Source: a virus (Duplodnaviria > Caudoviricetes). From it: a DNA stretch of 64,000 nt. A model generated the notes under the pieces. That model did no database searches and was not told where the DNA came from. It was given only the letters and a program-made list of their open reading frames with translations. The position numbers and the translations under genes are program-made. Each line of letters starts with the position of its first letter. Position 1 is the stretch's first letter. Shown here piece by piece: positions 28,197 to 38,735 of this stretch. Where the stretch lies: the IMG/VR virus record IMGVR_UViG_3300037067_024922, positions 1 through 64,000 of that record; one strand, given 5' to 3'.

Positions 28197-29544
28197 TTTA
28201 GATCTCCCTGGAATCCTTACCTCCAGATGGACTAAATTGAGACATCATCCAGAGCAGTATAGATTATGGCATTTCCCTGCTCGCTTTAATGTTAACCCTG
28301 CAGGAAGAAGGTCAGGGAAAACAGAATTGGCCAAGAGAAAATTGGTCAATAGGTCAATGGTGGGTACAACTTTCGATGATGCGAGATTCTTTGCTGCAGC
28401 CCCTACATACAATCAGGCCAAAAAGATTTATTGGGATGATCTTAAACGTCTTACACCGAGATGGTTCCAATCAAAACCTCCATCTGAATCAGAGTTGATT
28501 ATTTATGGTATAAATAATTCAACCATTCATGTTCTCGGTATGGATAAACCAGAGCGAATTGAAGGGCAGCCTTGGGATGGTGGTATACTTGATGAATATG
28601 GTAATATGAAAAAAGAGACCTGGCCACAACACGTCAGGCCTGCATTATCAGATAGAAGAGGATGGTGTGATCTGATTGGGGTGCCTGAAGGAAGGAATCA
28701 CTACTATGATATTGCCAAAGAAGCTCAATCAAATAAGTCTGGCGAATGGGACTATTTTTGGTGGAAGAGTGCAGATATACTTCCGCCATCTGAAATAGAA
28801 GCGGCTAAGCAAGATCTGGACGAATTGACATATCAGCAGGAGTATGAAGGTAGTTTTATCAATTTTGAAGGAAGGACTTATTATGCATATTTTGATTTTA
28901 CTCATAATGCCCGTATTGCTTATGATCCTAATCAACCATTAATCTTTACTCTTGATTTTAATGTTGCGCCGGGGACAGCCGCAGTGATTCAGGAAAAGCA
29001 GGTAAGGGATCTTCAGACTAATGCAGTATTGATTGGTGAGACTGTGACAGGGATAATAGGAGAGGTTTACATCCCTCGCAATTCAAATACCGTTCTTGTT
29101 TGTAATCGATTAATAAAAGATTGGGGTAATCATCAAGGGAGAGTTATCTGCTATGGTGATCCAACAGGAGGGAACAGAGGTACCGCTAAATTGCAAGGTA
29201 GTGATTGGGATCTTGTAAAGCAAATTTTGGGAGGCCATTTTGGGGATCGATTTTCTTTGGATGTTGCAAGGGGCAATCCATCTGAACGAGATAGGGTCAA
29301 TTCGGTTAATTCAAGGTTCCGAACTGTAACAGGGAAAATAAGAATGATGATTGACCCAAACAAAGCTCCTCATGTTGCCAAGGATTTTGAAGGTGTGCAA
29401 TGCGTAAAGGGCGGCAGTGGTGAGATAGACAAAAAGAAAAATCCCGAGCTGTCCCATTTATCAGATGGCGTTGGATATTACATCCATAGGAAATATCCAA
29501 TTAGGAAGATAGAGAGCGGGATGGTAGATGTGAAAGGAACTTAA
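28162..29544 (+). CDS. terL: Terminase large subunit
   Basis: AGRRSGKT, APTYNQAK, Walker B ILDEY, QEYEGSF, nuclease LDFN and DPTG, HLSDGVGY. Confidence 0.95.
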   Translation: MKSSRKPVTVRDLDLPGILTSRWTKLRHHPEQYRLWHFPARFNVNPAGRRSGKTELAKRKLVNRSMVGTTFDDARFFAAAPTYNQAKKIYWDDLKRLTPRWFQSKPPSESELIIYGINNSTIHVLGMDKPERIEGQPWDGGILDEYGNMKKETWPQHVRPALSDRRGWCDLIGVPEGRNHYYDIAKEAQSNKSGEWDYFWWKSADILPPSEIEAAKQDLDELTYQQEYEGSFINFEGRTYYAYFDFTHNARIAYDPNQPLIFTLDFNVAPGTAAVIQEKQVRDLQTNAVLIGETVTGIIGEVYIPRNSNTVLVCNRLIKDWGNHQGRVICYGDPTGGNRGTAKLQGSDWDLVKQILGGHFGDRFSLDVARGNPSERDRVNSVNSRFRTVTGKIRMMIDPNKAPHVAKDFEGVQCVKGGSGEIDKKKNPELSHLSDGVGYYIHRKYPIRKIESGMVDVKGT

Positions 29545-29561
29545 AAATCGTTGAAAATGAA

Positions 29562-29585
29562 AACAGGGATATAATAAGAAAAAGG
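29562..29585 (+). repeat. 24-bp direct repeat, copy 1 (contains TATAAT and leads into the RBS)
   Basis: AACAGGGATATAATAAGAAAAAGG, identical to 31540-31563. Confidence 0.85.
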
Positions 29586-29602
29586 GAAAGCCGAATGAGA
29601 AT

Positions 29603-31541
29603 ATGGAAAAGTGGGATAGCTTAACAGTTAAATCAAAGACCATTTCTATTCTGTCTGAAGCGGACCAACCAAAGTTGGGGCAATGGTATTGGGTAACGCA
29701 GATCAGCAGGTGGGATGGCGACCATGATCTCAAGAAAGGCGATTCTTATAAGTGGCTTGGCTGCGTCATGAAGATAGGCTCCAATTTTGTGGAGCTTCAT
29801 ACTCCTCATAACAATCACAAGGGACATGAATATACAAGGATTCATTTTGATGATTTTTTTAAGAGTCTTGAGCTTGAGAAGAATCCGCAATCGATAATGG
29901 ATGAAAACATCTCCCATTGGCAATTTGAAGTCAAGAGCTTATTAGGCAAAGTCAGGGATGTCACCGCAAGATTAGGAATCAGCCAGAAGAAAGCATTGCC
30001 TACCCAAGATGAAAACTCTACCGCTTTGATGGCAGTATCAGGCAAGGACAATATCGTTTCATATAAAAAGGATTTGATCCTTGCAAAAGAAGAGACTCTC
30101 CCGGAATTATTCGAGGCCATAAAATCAGCAGAAGGAGAATTGTGTGCATGGATGATGGCAGAAACCATGGAGACACGGGCTTCAATAATCCCAATGGAAA
30201 ATTCCATTGATGAAATAAACAACCGGATCTTTGCTGTTGGGCTGTATGCAGGACTTGAGGAACATATCAAAAAGATAAGTGACGGAGAGCCAGCAGCAAT
30301 CTCTGCCAAACTACATATCATGCAGCGTAAAGCATTCATGGATGAGGAATGCCTGCTCAATTACAAATCAGGAGGGATGGAGTTTAAAGATATCTCTGAA
30401 TTTGATAAATGGATTGCTCGTCCTAAGAACAGGGACAGGATATTGCCTTTCCCAAGGACGATGGTTGCCATGCAGGTCAGGAGGAAGGTTAAGGACCGGG
30501 ATTGGGAAGGCGATCTGCTTAAACTATTCATAAATTTTCACAGTGAAATATCAGATAAGTTTACTTACCTATATGTTCGGAATGGGGAGCAATTATCAAG
30601 GGTCTCTTGCGAGATTGAATTTGACGATATGATATTCCCTGACAAAAACATTTATGATCCTGCGGGATTGAAAATGGTCAAGATGTTTTGCGAGAAGGTT
30701 GACGAAATTATTCCCCTCTCTCTATATGAAGAGGTGTTGAAGGAGTATAAAACCAAGAAAGCAAAAAGTAAACAATGGGAGAAAGAGCATCCAAAAGAGC
30801 ATTACTTCAAAAATCCATTTAGAGATTTTGATCGTTTTAATCCTGACGACTGGGCACCATTTGATCAGAGCAATGTTCATTTTGACGAGTGCATGGAAAG
30901 CATCGCCAGTGAGGTCAGAAAATATAATCGTGTGGCCCTTATTGTTCAAGGGCTTTTTGACAGGTCCCTGATCTTGCATCCTCATCTGCCGGCGAAGACA
31001 TGGTCTCCAGCAGGATTTGATCAGGTTATAAAATTGGTTTACGATGGGGAGATGACTTTGCATTATGGGCAGGCTCCTGATTTTGAGGCATACAGAGCTG
31101 CCAAAAATAAATCTCTTATGAAAGGATCGGTGACTACAGGCCAGAATCTTTATTGGCAAAAGATGGAAGCCAAAAAAGAAAATGCCCGGATGGATGCCAG
31201 TTAGAGAAACAAAGCCACTTGGCGACATACGACATTCAAACCTTATGGCGATCCTGGGCCAAGCGATCCTGGGGGAGATATTCTTTTGGAGAAAAGGATT
31301 ACGCTTTGCAGTCTTTGAATGGTTAAGGGAGCGTCAGCATTTCAATTACAGATATGGCGCCAATAGATCCGAGACATTAAGAGCCACAGCAACTGTTCCG
31401 GAGAATCATTTGTTTAACATCTCCGCATATAAACCTGGCGAGTATCTCCAATTCTTTAATGACCCAAGGACCCGAGAGCAATACTTAAAATGGGCACCTA
31501 TACTTCTCACGGCAGAAGATTATTGGAGTGAAAATCAGTAA
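29603..31541 (+). pseudogene. Large hypothetical phage gene broken by an in-frame TAG and a frameshift
   Basis: After TAG 31202-31204 the frame continues RNKATWRHTTFKPYGDPGP, then plausible coding shifts to ORF 31182-31541. Confidence 0.55.
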
Positions 31542-31563
31542 CAGGGATATAATAAGAAAAAGG
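31540..31563 (+). repeat. 24-bp direct repeat, copy 2
   Basis: Identical to 29562-29585. Confidence 0.85.
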
Positions 31564-31571
31564 AGGAGCTG

Positions 31572-31700
31572 ATGTGGTGTGATTATTTACTTGCACTTAT
31601 GATTCTTGTTATTGTTATTGCTCTGACTGTAATCCTTAAACATGTTTTAAGCAAAATTTTCTCTAACATAGGCAAAGGAGGAACTGACGATGGAATTTGA
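31572..31700 (+). CDS. 42-aa single-pass membrane peptide (not in the ORF track)
   Basis: MWCDYLLALMILVIVIALTVILKHVL..., with AGGAGG RBS. Confidence 0.55.
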   Translation: MWCDYLLALMILVIVIALTVILKHVLSKIFSNIGKGGTDDGI

Positions 31701-31956
31701 AGAGAGCAAGGTTTACAAATATGTTAGGCTGGATACAGGGGAATTGAGATTTTGCCCGGGAGGATCAGCCGGGAGCCCTTCCCATAAATCCCTTGTCAAG
31801 GAAACAGACAGGGTTCTCTCTGCGGGGACAATCGGTGTATTGCCTGGGGACAAGTTACTGATGCTCGATGAAGGGTCGATGACGCTGAATCTTTGTGCAG
31901 GTCTGTCGTCTGATCGGCCTTTGATTGAGAAGGAGACAGGAAGGAAATTCAGGTGA
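31690..31956 (+). CDS. Hypothetical protein
   Basis: ORF with AGGAGG RBS. Confidence 0.5.
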   Translation: MEFEESKVYKYVRLDTGELRFCPGGSAGSPSHKSLVKETDRVLSAGTIGVLPGDKLLMLDEGSMTLNLCAGLSSDRPLIEKETGRKFR

Positions 31957-32134
31957 CAACATTTATGATAAAGCCTGTGGCCGCTCTGCGTGAGCCGCAT
32001 AAGGCAACCATTTATCGTGATGAAATCATTTGTAGGATTATCAGAGAGATGCGAAGACTTGGCAGCAGGCTGATTTTCTACAATGAAATAGAAGATGGGA
32101 CGACCATGATGCAATTTGAAGAAAGGTCTGTAGG

Positions 32135-32467
32135 ATGAAGACTTCCTATTTTGGGAAATCAAAGGACGATGCAAATGCGGTGGCGATTACAGCCTATTGT
32201 CCTTCCTGGTTCAGAGGCAGACATTATGCTCTCCTTGCTCCTCCTTGGAGCATAGTCTCGCAGTACAAGAAAAATTTGATAAATGAAGAGCAATATGAAG
32301 AGCTGTATTTCCGGCACGTTCTTAGCAATACAACACCCCAGCAGGTATTGAGGGATCTTGGCCCTGATGCGATTCTTTTGTGTTATGAGAAATCAGGATT
32401 CTGTCACCGGCATATTGTCGCTGAATGGCTCAGGGCGGCAGGGATAGAATGTGAGGAATTATCGTGA
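32135..32467 (+). CDS. DUF488-like protein
   Basis: TSYF, LAP, LLCYEK and FCHRHIVAEWL motifs. Confidence 0.75.
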   Translation: MKTSYFGKSKDDANAVAITAYCPSWFRGRHYALLAPPWSIVSQYKKNLINEEQYEELYFRHVLSNTTPQQVLRDLGPDAILLCYEKSGFCHRHIVAEWLRAAGIECEELS

Positions 32468-32603
32468 AGATGAATGAAGCGTTTCCCGACAGAAAAGAGG
32501 CTTTGGAGTTAGCCAAGAAATTCGCTTCATGAAGACAAAAATAATTTGCCTGTGGTTAAGGAAACAGGGGTATAATAAAAAAAAGAAAGGAGATTAGTAC
32601 AGT

Positions 32604-32783
32604 ATGGCAGGAAAAACGATGTTGAATAAGGTTGAGGACATGATTGTGATTCTTGAGGGAACTTGCGCGGACGCAAGCAAAGCGGACGAAGGGAACAAGG
32701 CAGCAGCACAGCGCCTTCGGGCTGGTATAGCCCAGATTCCTCCGACGATTAAGGATCTCAAGAAGCAGTCGCTCGGCAAGTAG
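32604..32783 (+). CDS. Histone H1-like Hc1-family small protein (59 aa, not in the ORF track)
   Basis: DASKADEGNKAAAQRLR...KDLKKQS matches the GNKAA.R.R core; has its own TATAAT, RBS and terminator. Confidence 0.75.
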   Translation: MAGKTMLNKVEDMIVILEGTCADASKADEGNKAAAQRLRAGIAQIPPTIKDLKKQSLGK

Positions 32784-32808
32784 ATTTGTCCTACTGCCGT
32801 GCGACATT

Positions 32809-32848
32809 CGGGAAGGGGAGCACTGGCACTCTCCCCTTCCCGGCTTTT
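32809..32848 (+). terminator. Intrinsic terminator
   Basis: CGGGAAGGGGAG/CTCCCCTTCCCG 12-bp stem plus T run. Confidence 0.75.
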
Positions 32849-32869
32849 AGATTAGGAGGACATTGCAGT

Positions 32870-33676
32870 ATGATCAAGTTTGGTCTGATAGGCAATGGTA
32901 AGATTGCGCAACGTCATAAAAATGCAATTAAACATGTTGGTGGTGAATTGGTATGGGTGAGTGATCCATTGTTAAAAGGACAAGAATTGATTGATGGGAC
33001 CATATATCAAGGAGATATTCCTTTGTGTGATATGAAAGGATTAGAAGGAGTTTGGGGCAACCAAATAGATTATGTTGTCATCTGTTCTCCGACATATCTC
33101 CATCGTCAGCAGACACAAGAAGCCTTGAAATATAATAAGCAAGTCATTTGCGAAAAGCCTCTCTGCTTACCTTGGGAGCCATTGATTGATGATGATAGGA
33201 TCAATGTATGTCTACAGTTGCGCTACATTGAAAATCTTCCCAAGGCGGCAGATCTTGTCAGGGCGGTGATGGTCAGGGATGAGGAATTTTTCAAGTCATG
33301 GAAGGGAGACCCAAGACAAGCAGGAGGAAACCTGTATGAGTTTTTTATTCATTATATTGATCTTGCCATCTTGCTTGGCGCAGGTTTTGAAGGCAGCGTG
33401 TTGCCGGAAGGGAAGCAAGTAAGGGAAATAATTTTTAACAAAGAGGCTTGTCAAGGGCCAAGTATTTCTCAAAATAAAGAATTTAAGCTGGACATCATGG
33501 CGATTGATATGCAATCCCTTTATAATCGCATGTATGAAGACATCTTGAATGGTGGCGGCATCAAGCCAAAGGATATTTTTTACCTCACCTGGGTGCTGAA
33601 TCAGAACAGCATCAAGCATGGTTTCAGGAAGAGTGGGATTGATAGCCCAATCGTTTTAGGCAAGGAACTGTTATGA
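32870..33676 (+). CDS. Gfo/Idh/MocA oxidoreductase, WbpB/WlbA-like UDP-GlcNAcA 3-dehydrogenase
   Basis: IGNGKIAQRH, ICSPTYLH, ICEKP, LQLRY and KSWKGDP motifs. Confidence 0.85.
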   Translation: MIKFGLIGNGKIAQRHKNAIKHVGGELVWVSDPLLKGQELIDGTIYQGDIPLCDMKGLEGVWGNQIDYVVICSPTYLHRQQTQEALKYNKQVICEKPLCLPWEPLIDDDRINVCLQLRYIENLPKAADLVRAVMVRDEEFFKSWKGDPRQAGGNLYEFFIHYIDLAILLGAGFEGSVLPEGKQVREIIFNKEACQGPSISQNKEFKLDIMAIDMQSLYNRMYEDILNGGGIKPKDIFYLTWVLNQNSIKHGFRKSGIDSPIVLGKELL

Positions 33677-33915
33677 TCAGCGATAAAGAGCTTACAACCG
33701 AAATGATGAAAATCATCGAGTCAGATGAGAGGTTGCGCACTGCTCGTAGAATATGTCACGATCTTCTCGGTTTTATACTTCATTTGATCAACCCCATATT
33801 GAAGCAAAGAGGATTTCCAGAGTGCGTTGTAATTGGTATCTCCGTATTTATTCCTAACAAGGACACTAAAAAATCAGATGAGGTCATTGTTCAAGGACCT
33901 TCAACAATACAATAA
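33673..33915 (+). CDS. Hypothetical protein
   Basis: Translationally coupled ORF. Confidence 0.45.
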   Translation: MISDKELTTEMMKIIESDERLRTARRICHDLLGFILHLINPILKQRGFPECVVIGISVFIPNKDTKKSDEVIVQGPSTIQ

Positions 33916-33969
33916 AATAGACGCAAAATTCCTGTTTAGGGATATAATATATTTGGAGAGGTGAGATTA

Positions 33970-34548
33970 ATGAAAGTTCCTGATGCATATATTTGCCCAG
34001 ATTGTGATGAAGTTTTTTCCTTTATAAGGACACCATTATCAAATCCGTCCCCTATTTGTCCGATCTGCGGTAATACGAACCTTTTGAGTCTTGGAAAGGT
34101 TCTCAACCGTAAGGAGGTCAAAAATGAAGATACTAACAATTTCTGTATCGGTGTTCTTGTTAGGGATTCAGATTCTTGCCACGGTATTGATTGTGCAACC
34201 TGTGGTGCCCTTGAAAGCCCAAAACAAACTCCAGGCTGCCTCGATCAAAGTGGGGTTGGGAGATCCGGGCGACAAGGTGCTGAAGGCGGTATCAATGGCA
34301 TCAAAGCAGACGGGATTGTCGGAATCGTTTCTTCTATCGCTGATGTACTCGGAATCCTCTTTCGATCCAAAAGCAATATCAAGCAAGCATTATCAAGGAT
34401 TAATGCAGATCCCGCCGAGCAACAACCATCTGCACCAGGAGGAGGATGTGAATACGCTGATCGGTGCGAAAATACTTTTAAGAAAGTTGGATGCCACCAA
34501 GGGGAATATAAGGAGCGCGATTGTTTTGTACAAGGGATGGCCGATTGA
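33970..34548 (+). CDS. Zinc-ribbon protein whose frame stays open through the downstream gene
   Basis: CPDC...CPICG in the first 40 aa; upstream TATAAT and RBS. Confidence 0.45.
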   Translation: MKVPDAYICPDCDEVFSFIRTPLSNPSPICPICGNTNLLSLGKVLNRKEVKNEDTNNFCIGVLVRDSDSCHGIDCATCGALESPKQTPGCLDQSGVGRSGRQGAEGGINGIKADGIVGIVSSIADVLGILFRSKSNIKQALSRINADPAEQQPSAPGGGCEYADRCENTFKKVGCHQGEYKERDCFVQGMAD

Positions 34549-34618
34549 TCACCCCGAAGGGAAAAGGCAAGCCGATAAGGTAATGAGATTGGCAAGGCTT
34601 TTGAAAAAGGAGGCATGA
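34124..34618 (+). CDS. SLT-domain lytic transglycosylase with N-terminal hydrophobic anchor (candidate SAR endolysin)
   Basis: ESSFDPKAIS, GLMQI, N..IGA.IL and A..LY motifs; RBS AAGGAGGT. Confidence 0.85.
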   Translation: MKILTISVSVFLLGIQILATVLIVQPVVPLKAQNKLQAASIKVGLGDPGDKVLKAVSMASKQTGLSESFLLSLMYSESSFDPKAISSKHYQGLMQIPPSNNHLHQEEDVNTLIGAKILLRKLDATKGNIRSAIVLYKGWPIDHPEGKRQADKVMRLARLLKKEA

Positions 34619-35555
34619 TGTCATTTGTAGAAGCTACTTTGATTAAGGCAAAGACAGATGACGGACTTTGGGAAATGAAGGATGAGATTCCTCTCGGAAA
34701 GGAGTACTTAGTTGATCCTGAGTCCATAATGGTTCTTGAGGCAATCCATATTCCAACCGGCCAGAAACATGCAAGACATATGATCAGATGTGATAACAGA
34801 GCTTGGATGCCATTTGAAATGATTAGTATCAAAGAATCACCAACCGGGCTTCCAATATATCCTTTATATCACAAGAGGTGTGGTCAGATTGCTTTTTATA
34901 CGACAGTGGAGTTTGCTGTTGGAGATGAACTTTCTGTTGATAAGATAATCTTATTGGATGGGAAGCATCCGGTAGAGGGAGATCTCATTATTTGTGGCTC
35001 GTGCAATGAAGAGATTTCTCCCGGTCCTGACGAAACTGAGTATCGGTAAAAGGAGGCATGAGATGGAGCCCTTTTTTACAGCAGAAAAAGTTGGTGAGTT
35101 TGTCCTTGAGGTTGTTTGTCCGTGTGTTGCTGTCTTCTGCATTGTTTTCGTTATTGGTTTCGTTATTTATAAGATATTTTCGACACCCGAGAACAGCAAG
35201 AGGGTGATTTTGGAAAGAAAAATGAATGACGGAAAATGTATAAGCATAGCTGTTCTTAAACACAGATTGGAGACCCTCTTTACTCTTTTTCAGGAAGGAT
35301 GGAGGGCTGTTCCTGATGATCCGGCAGATGATCGATAAGGAGTTTAGTATGGATAAATTCAGACCCGTATTCAAAACCGGCTTTTGGCCTGAGTTTTACA
35401 AGATCGGATTTATTTTCCTGGTTGCTTTGATGATTGGGATTAGCGTAGGTAACTATTATGCCTATATAGCGATGGATAATAGGCTTCAGGATGTTGCCAC
35501 ATACAAGGCGATCAGGATTGATGGCAAGGAATATGATCTAAAGGAGAGGCCATAA
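34615..35555 (+). other. Three small hypothetical genes (34615-35049, 35063-35338, 35316-35555); the last two have one TM helix each
   Basis: RBS-led, coupled ORFs with hydrophobic segments. Confidence 0.5.
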
Positions 35556-35660
35556 AGGGCGGGGCATGAGCGTGAGAGTTTTCAGAAAGCAGGGATAGGC
35601 TCGCTGACAAACCTGCCATAGCGCAATTGTCCCGCCCGACTTTGAAAGGAGAGAAGGAAC

Positions 35661-38027
35661 GTGGAAACACAGATCAGGGAAGCGTTGGCAAGGGGCTATG
35701 GCTCACCAGAAAACGAGAAAAAGGTTATTGACCCCGTTTTAATCGAAGCAATGGTGAAAGAAGTAATCGCTGCCTTCGAAGAGGAGGTGAGGGAGGCGAA
35801 TTCTAATATAAATTACCTTCTCGAGGTAACACTTCCGCAAGATGTTGTTGTTAGGGTTTGCCCAAGCGGATCTGCTGAGATACCTATTTTTTCCCTCGTT
35901 GTTTCGGTAAGCAATCTCGTAAAAAAGTTTGGCGAATCAGTCGACCGCATCACCGTCCTGACCGCCGAGAGGGATAAACTACGGGAGGCGTTGTTATCTA
36001 AGGGGCTTGACTATAATGGGAATTACATTAACCAACGGGAGCCTAAAGATATTACAGACGAAACGAAACAAAGGGCAATGGAGAGATTTTCCGACGCCCT
36101 TAAGGAGGAAACCGATGAGATGTAGAGAACACCACATGACGCTAAGAAATGGTATTGGTAGGTGCTCCGTCCCAATGTGGGTGGGTGGGGTTGAAGTATT
36201 CTGCGATGAGACTGCGTATGGAAAGCCACCGGAAAGCAAAACATTCTTTAATTATGCAGCAGGATGTAGGCAAAGGGTTGATGGCAGATATGATGGCTAT
36301 GTTCCGGGGTTGGCTTGTTTTGGTCATGGAGGCCCGAAAAAAGAAGAGGTTTTGAATCTATGTGAGTTTTGTTCCCGTGAATTTGCGACTTGTCAGTCTG
36401 CTCCTAAGTTTGGCTGTGGAAGGGGCAATGATAACGTCTTTGAATGTGGCTCTTTTGCTCTTAAGGAGGCCACCGATGAACCCACTTAACTATGCAAGCC
36501 TTGAGGCCAGTAAGAGGTTGTCAGAGGTAGGGATTGTTCTTCTCTTTGTTGATAAAGCCTGGATACATGACAAATGGGATGATACATGGGTACTTGGAGT
36601 CGTAACCCCAACAATTGAAGCCCGAAAGGAGCGATGGGAATTTTACATGGCCCCCTCAATGGCCGAAGCATGGAGGGAGTTGCCGGAGTGGAGATATGAT
36701 AAACGTAAAACTCTGATAGGGATTGAAGGGCTTGCTTGTGCTGGTTATACTAATTGGGAGAGTAGATTTACATCTGGAGAATCTTTTACAAGTAACAACC
36801 CCACCGATGCCTTGATCAACTTGCTGATTTGGGTAAAGAAGGAGAAGGCCGATGGACAGAAATAAGCGTTTTGCTGAACTGGCGGGTATTCACAGACATT
36901 CCGATGTCGGCTTTGTTGAGTTTAGGGAGCCGCCTATCGGATTTAAGCACATCTGTCATTCCTGTGGGGAAATAGTCCCTTTTATCAATTACAACTCCGA
37001 CTACACCGCCGATCCCTGTGAGGTGTTGAAGGTGATGATGACGAGAGAGGATTGGCCGGAATTTCAGGACAGGGTTGGCGGTGCAGACTTCAGGGATGGA
37101 GAACTGAGGATTTTGATTGATATTGACCTCATCCTCGACACCACCGGCAAACTTCTGGATATTGGAATTGACTGGCTATGGAGACTGTTTTCAGAATGGC
37201 TCGCAGAGTATCTGTTTTCAGAATGGCTTACAGAGCATCAGCCAGAACTACACTTTGATATTGACGCCTTCTTTGCCTATCCGGGACATGGAGAACTTTT
37301 GAAAGAATGGATGGAGGGAAGGAAATGACACGTGAGATGATGGAGCTGCTGATTTTATTGATATACAAACAAGCTGAAATTACCTTTAGATCAGGTAGGG
37401 ATTTTTGTACACTAGATGAACAGAAAAGCAGGGACAAAATAGAAAGAGAATTATTAGAAATGTGTGATAGTGATTGAATGGATGGAGGCGCACCATGACT
37501 GAACTAACCGACGCAGACAGGAAGGTGCTTATGGAGTTCTTGGGGGAGTGCGACCATAAATGGAAATTCACACGACTTAGTTCCATTGATGGTAAAAGCA
37601 CCTGCCAGATATGCGGGAAAGAAGTGTGGGATGGAGAGAAGATCGTGAATCGTCGCACCTTCACCACCCCTGACGACATGATGGCCCTCAAGGACAAGTT
37701 GGTGCAGAAGGGGATGTGGTGTGAGTTCTACTTCTTCTGTAACGAAAGATGGGAGTCTCCTATGGACGTAGATGATGATACACGATGGGGAGATCCCTCA
37801 TTTACTAACTGGCTCTTCGCGCCGCCCCGTTTCTGCTGGCTGGTGGGGGAGTGGCTAAAGGTGAAGTGATGACCGAGCCTTTAATTCGGATGTGCCATAC
37901 ATGCCATTGGGTAGGAACAGCAAAAGATATGACTAAAGAGTTTAAGTGTCCAAAGTGCGGGGAGTTTAGCAATGTCAAAGTAATGATATTTCTCCCCGCC
38001 AAGATAATGAGCGAGGCGATGGTTTGA
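35661..38027 (+). other. Array of small accessory hypothetical genes (35661-36125, 36115-36489, 36476-36865, 36852-37328, 37495-37869, and a zinc ribbon from 37869)
   Basis: Overlapping stop/start junctions, most with an (A)GGAG(G)-type RBS. Confidence 0.55.
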
Positions 38028-38104
38028 AAACGAAAGGGGATTGGAATAAATTACTTGAAAAGCAATTTTGAGGTTATAATAAAAAGAAAAAGGAGGATCC
38101 AAAA

Positions 38105-38689
38105 ATGAATAAAATCACATTGACCCTTGCGCAGATCATGGCGGCATCGCAGGCGTTGGCTTTGATTCTCAGGCAAAAGGGAATCCCTGCAAGAACCTCT
38201 TACTGGTTGAAGAGAAACTTTGATCATCTTTATCCGAAGGAGAAAAATTTTAGGGATCTCATCAAAAGGACATTCGAAGAGGACAAGAGGGCAATAGAAT
38301 CAGATGGTCTTTCTTTCATCCCGCCGGAGAAATACAAAGCGTTCAAAGCGGGTCTTGTCAAACAAATATCGGTTCGTGATGATGAGCAGCTGTTGGCCTA
38401 TATCCAGTCCTTTGAGATAGAGATCAAAAAAGGACAGCTCTTTATGTCTCCAAAAGACATGGAGGATTTTAATGTCGAGGCCAACAGGCTTGCAGAGGAG
38501 ATGAAGGACGAGATTGAATATACCCCGATTCTGATGGATGAGAAATTCGATGCTGCGTTGTCTGTAATACCTGCCGGAACTCTCGGAGACATTTGGTGGA
38601 TGATTACTATTGATGCAGAGAATGCAGAGGCTGATGCCCAAGAATGCGGTTTACGCAGAACAACCGTAGCGCTGCCCAAGAACTACTAA
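38105..38689 (+). CDS. Hypothetical protein
   Basis: Own TATAAT and AGGAGG RBS. Confidence 0.55.
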   Translation: MNKITLTLAQIMAASQALALILRQKGIPARTSYWLKRNFDHLYPKEKNFRDLIKRTFEEDKRAIESDGLSFIPPEKYKAFKAGLVKQISVRDDEQLLAYIQSFEIEIKKGQLFMSPKDMEDFNVEANRLAEEMKDEIEYTPILMDEKFDAALSVIPAGTLGDIWWMITIDAENAEADAQECGLRRTTVALPKNY

Positions 38690-38735
38690 TGTCGACGCGA
38701 GGCAGATGGTGAACAAAATAGGGGAGACAAATAAA

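Noticed and set aside
31202-31204. In-frame TAG as a sign of stop-codon reassignment
   Set aside because: Many intact genes end at TAG (for example 1214, 4781, 20741, 50414), and this gene also has a frameshift nearby, so decay or error is more likely.
37184-37240. 27-bp tandem duplication (LFSEWLAEY/LFSEWLTEH)
   Set aside because: A simple in-frame duplication with no evidence of function.
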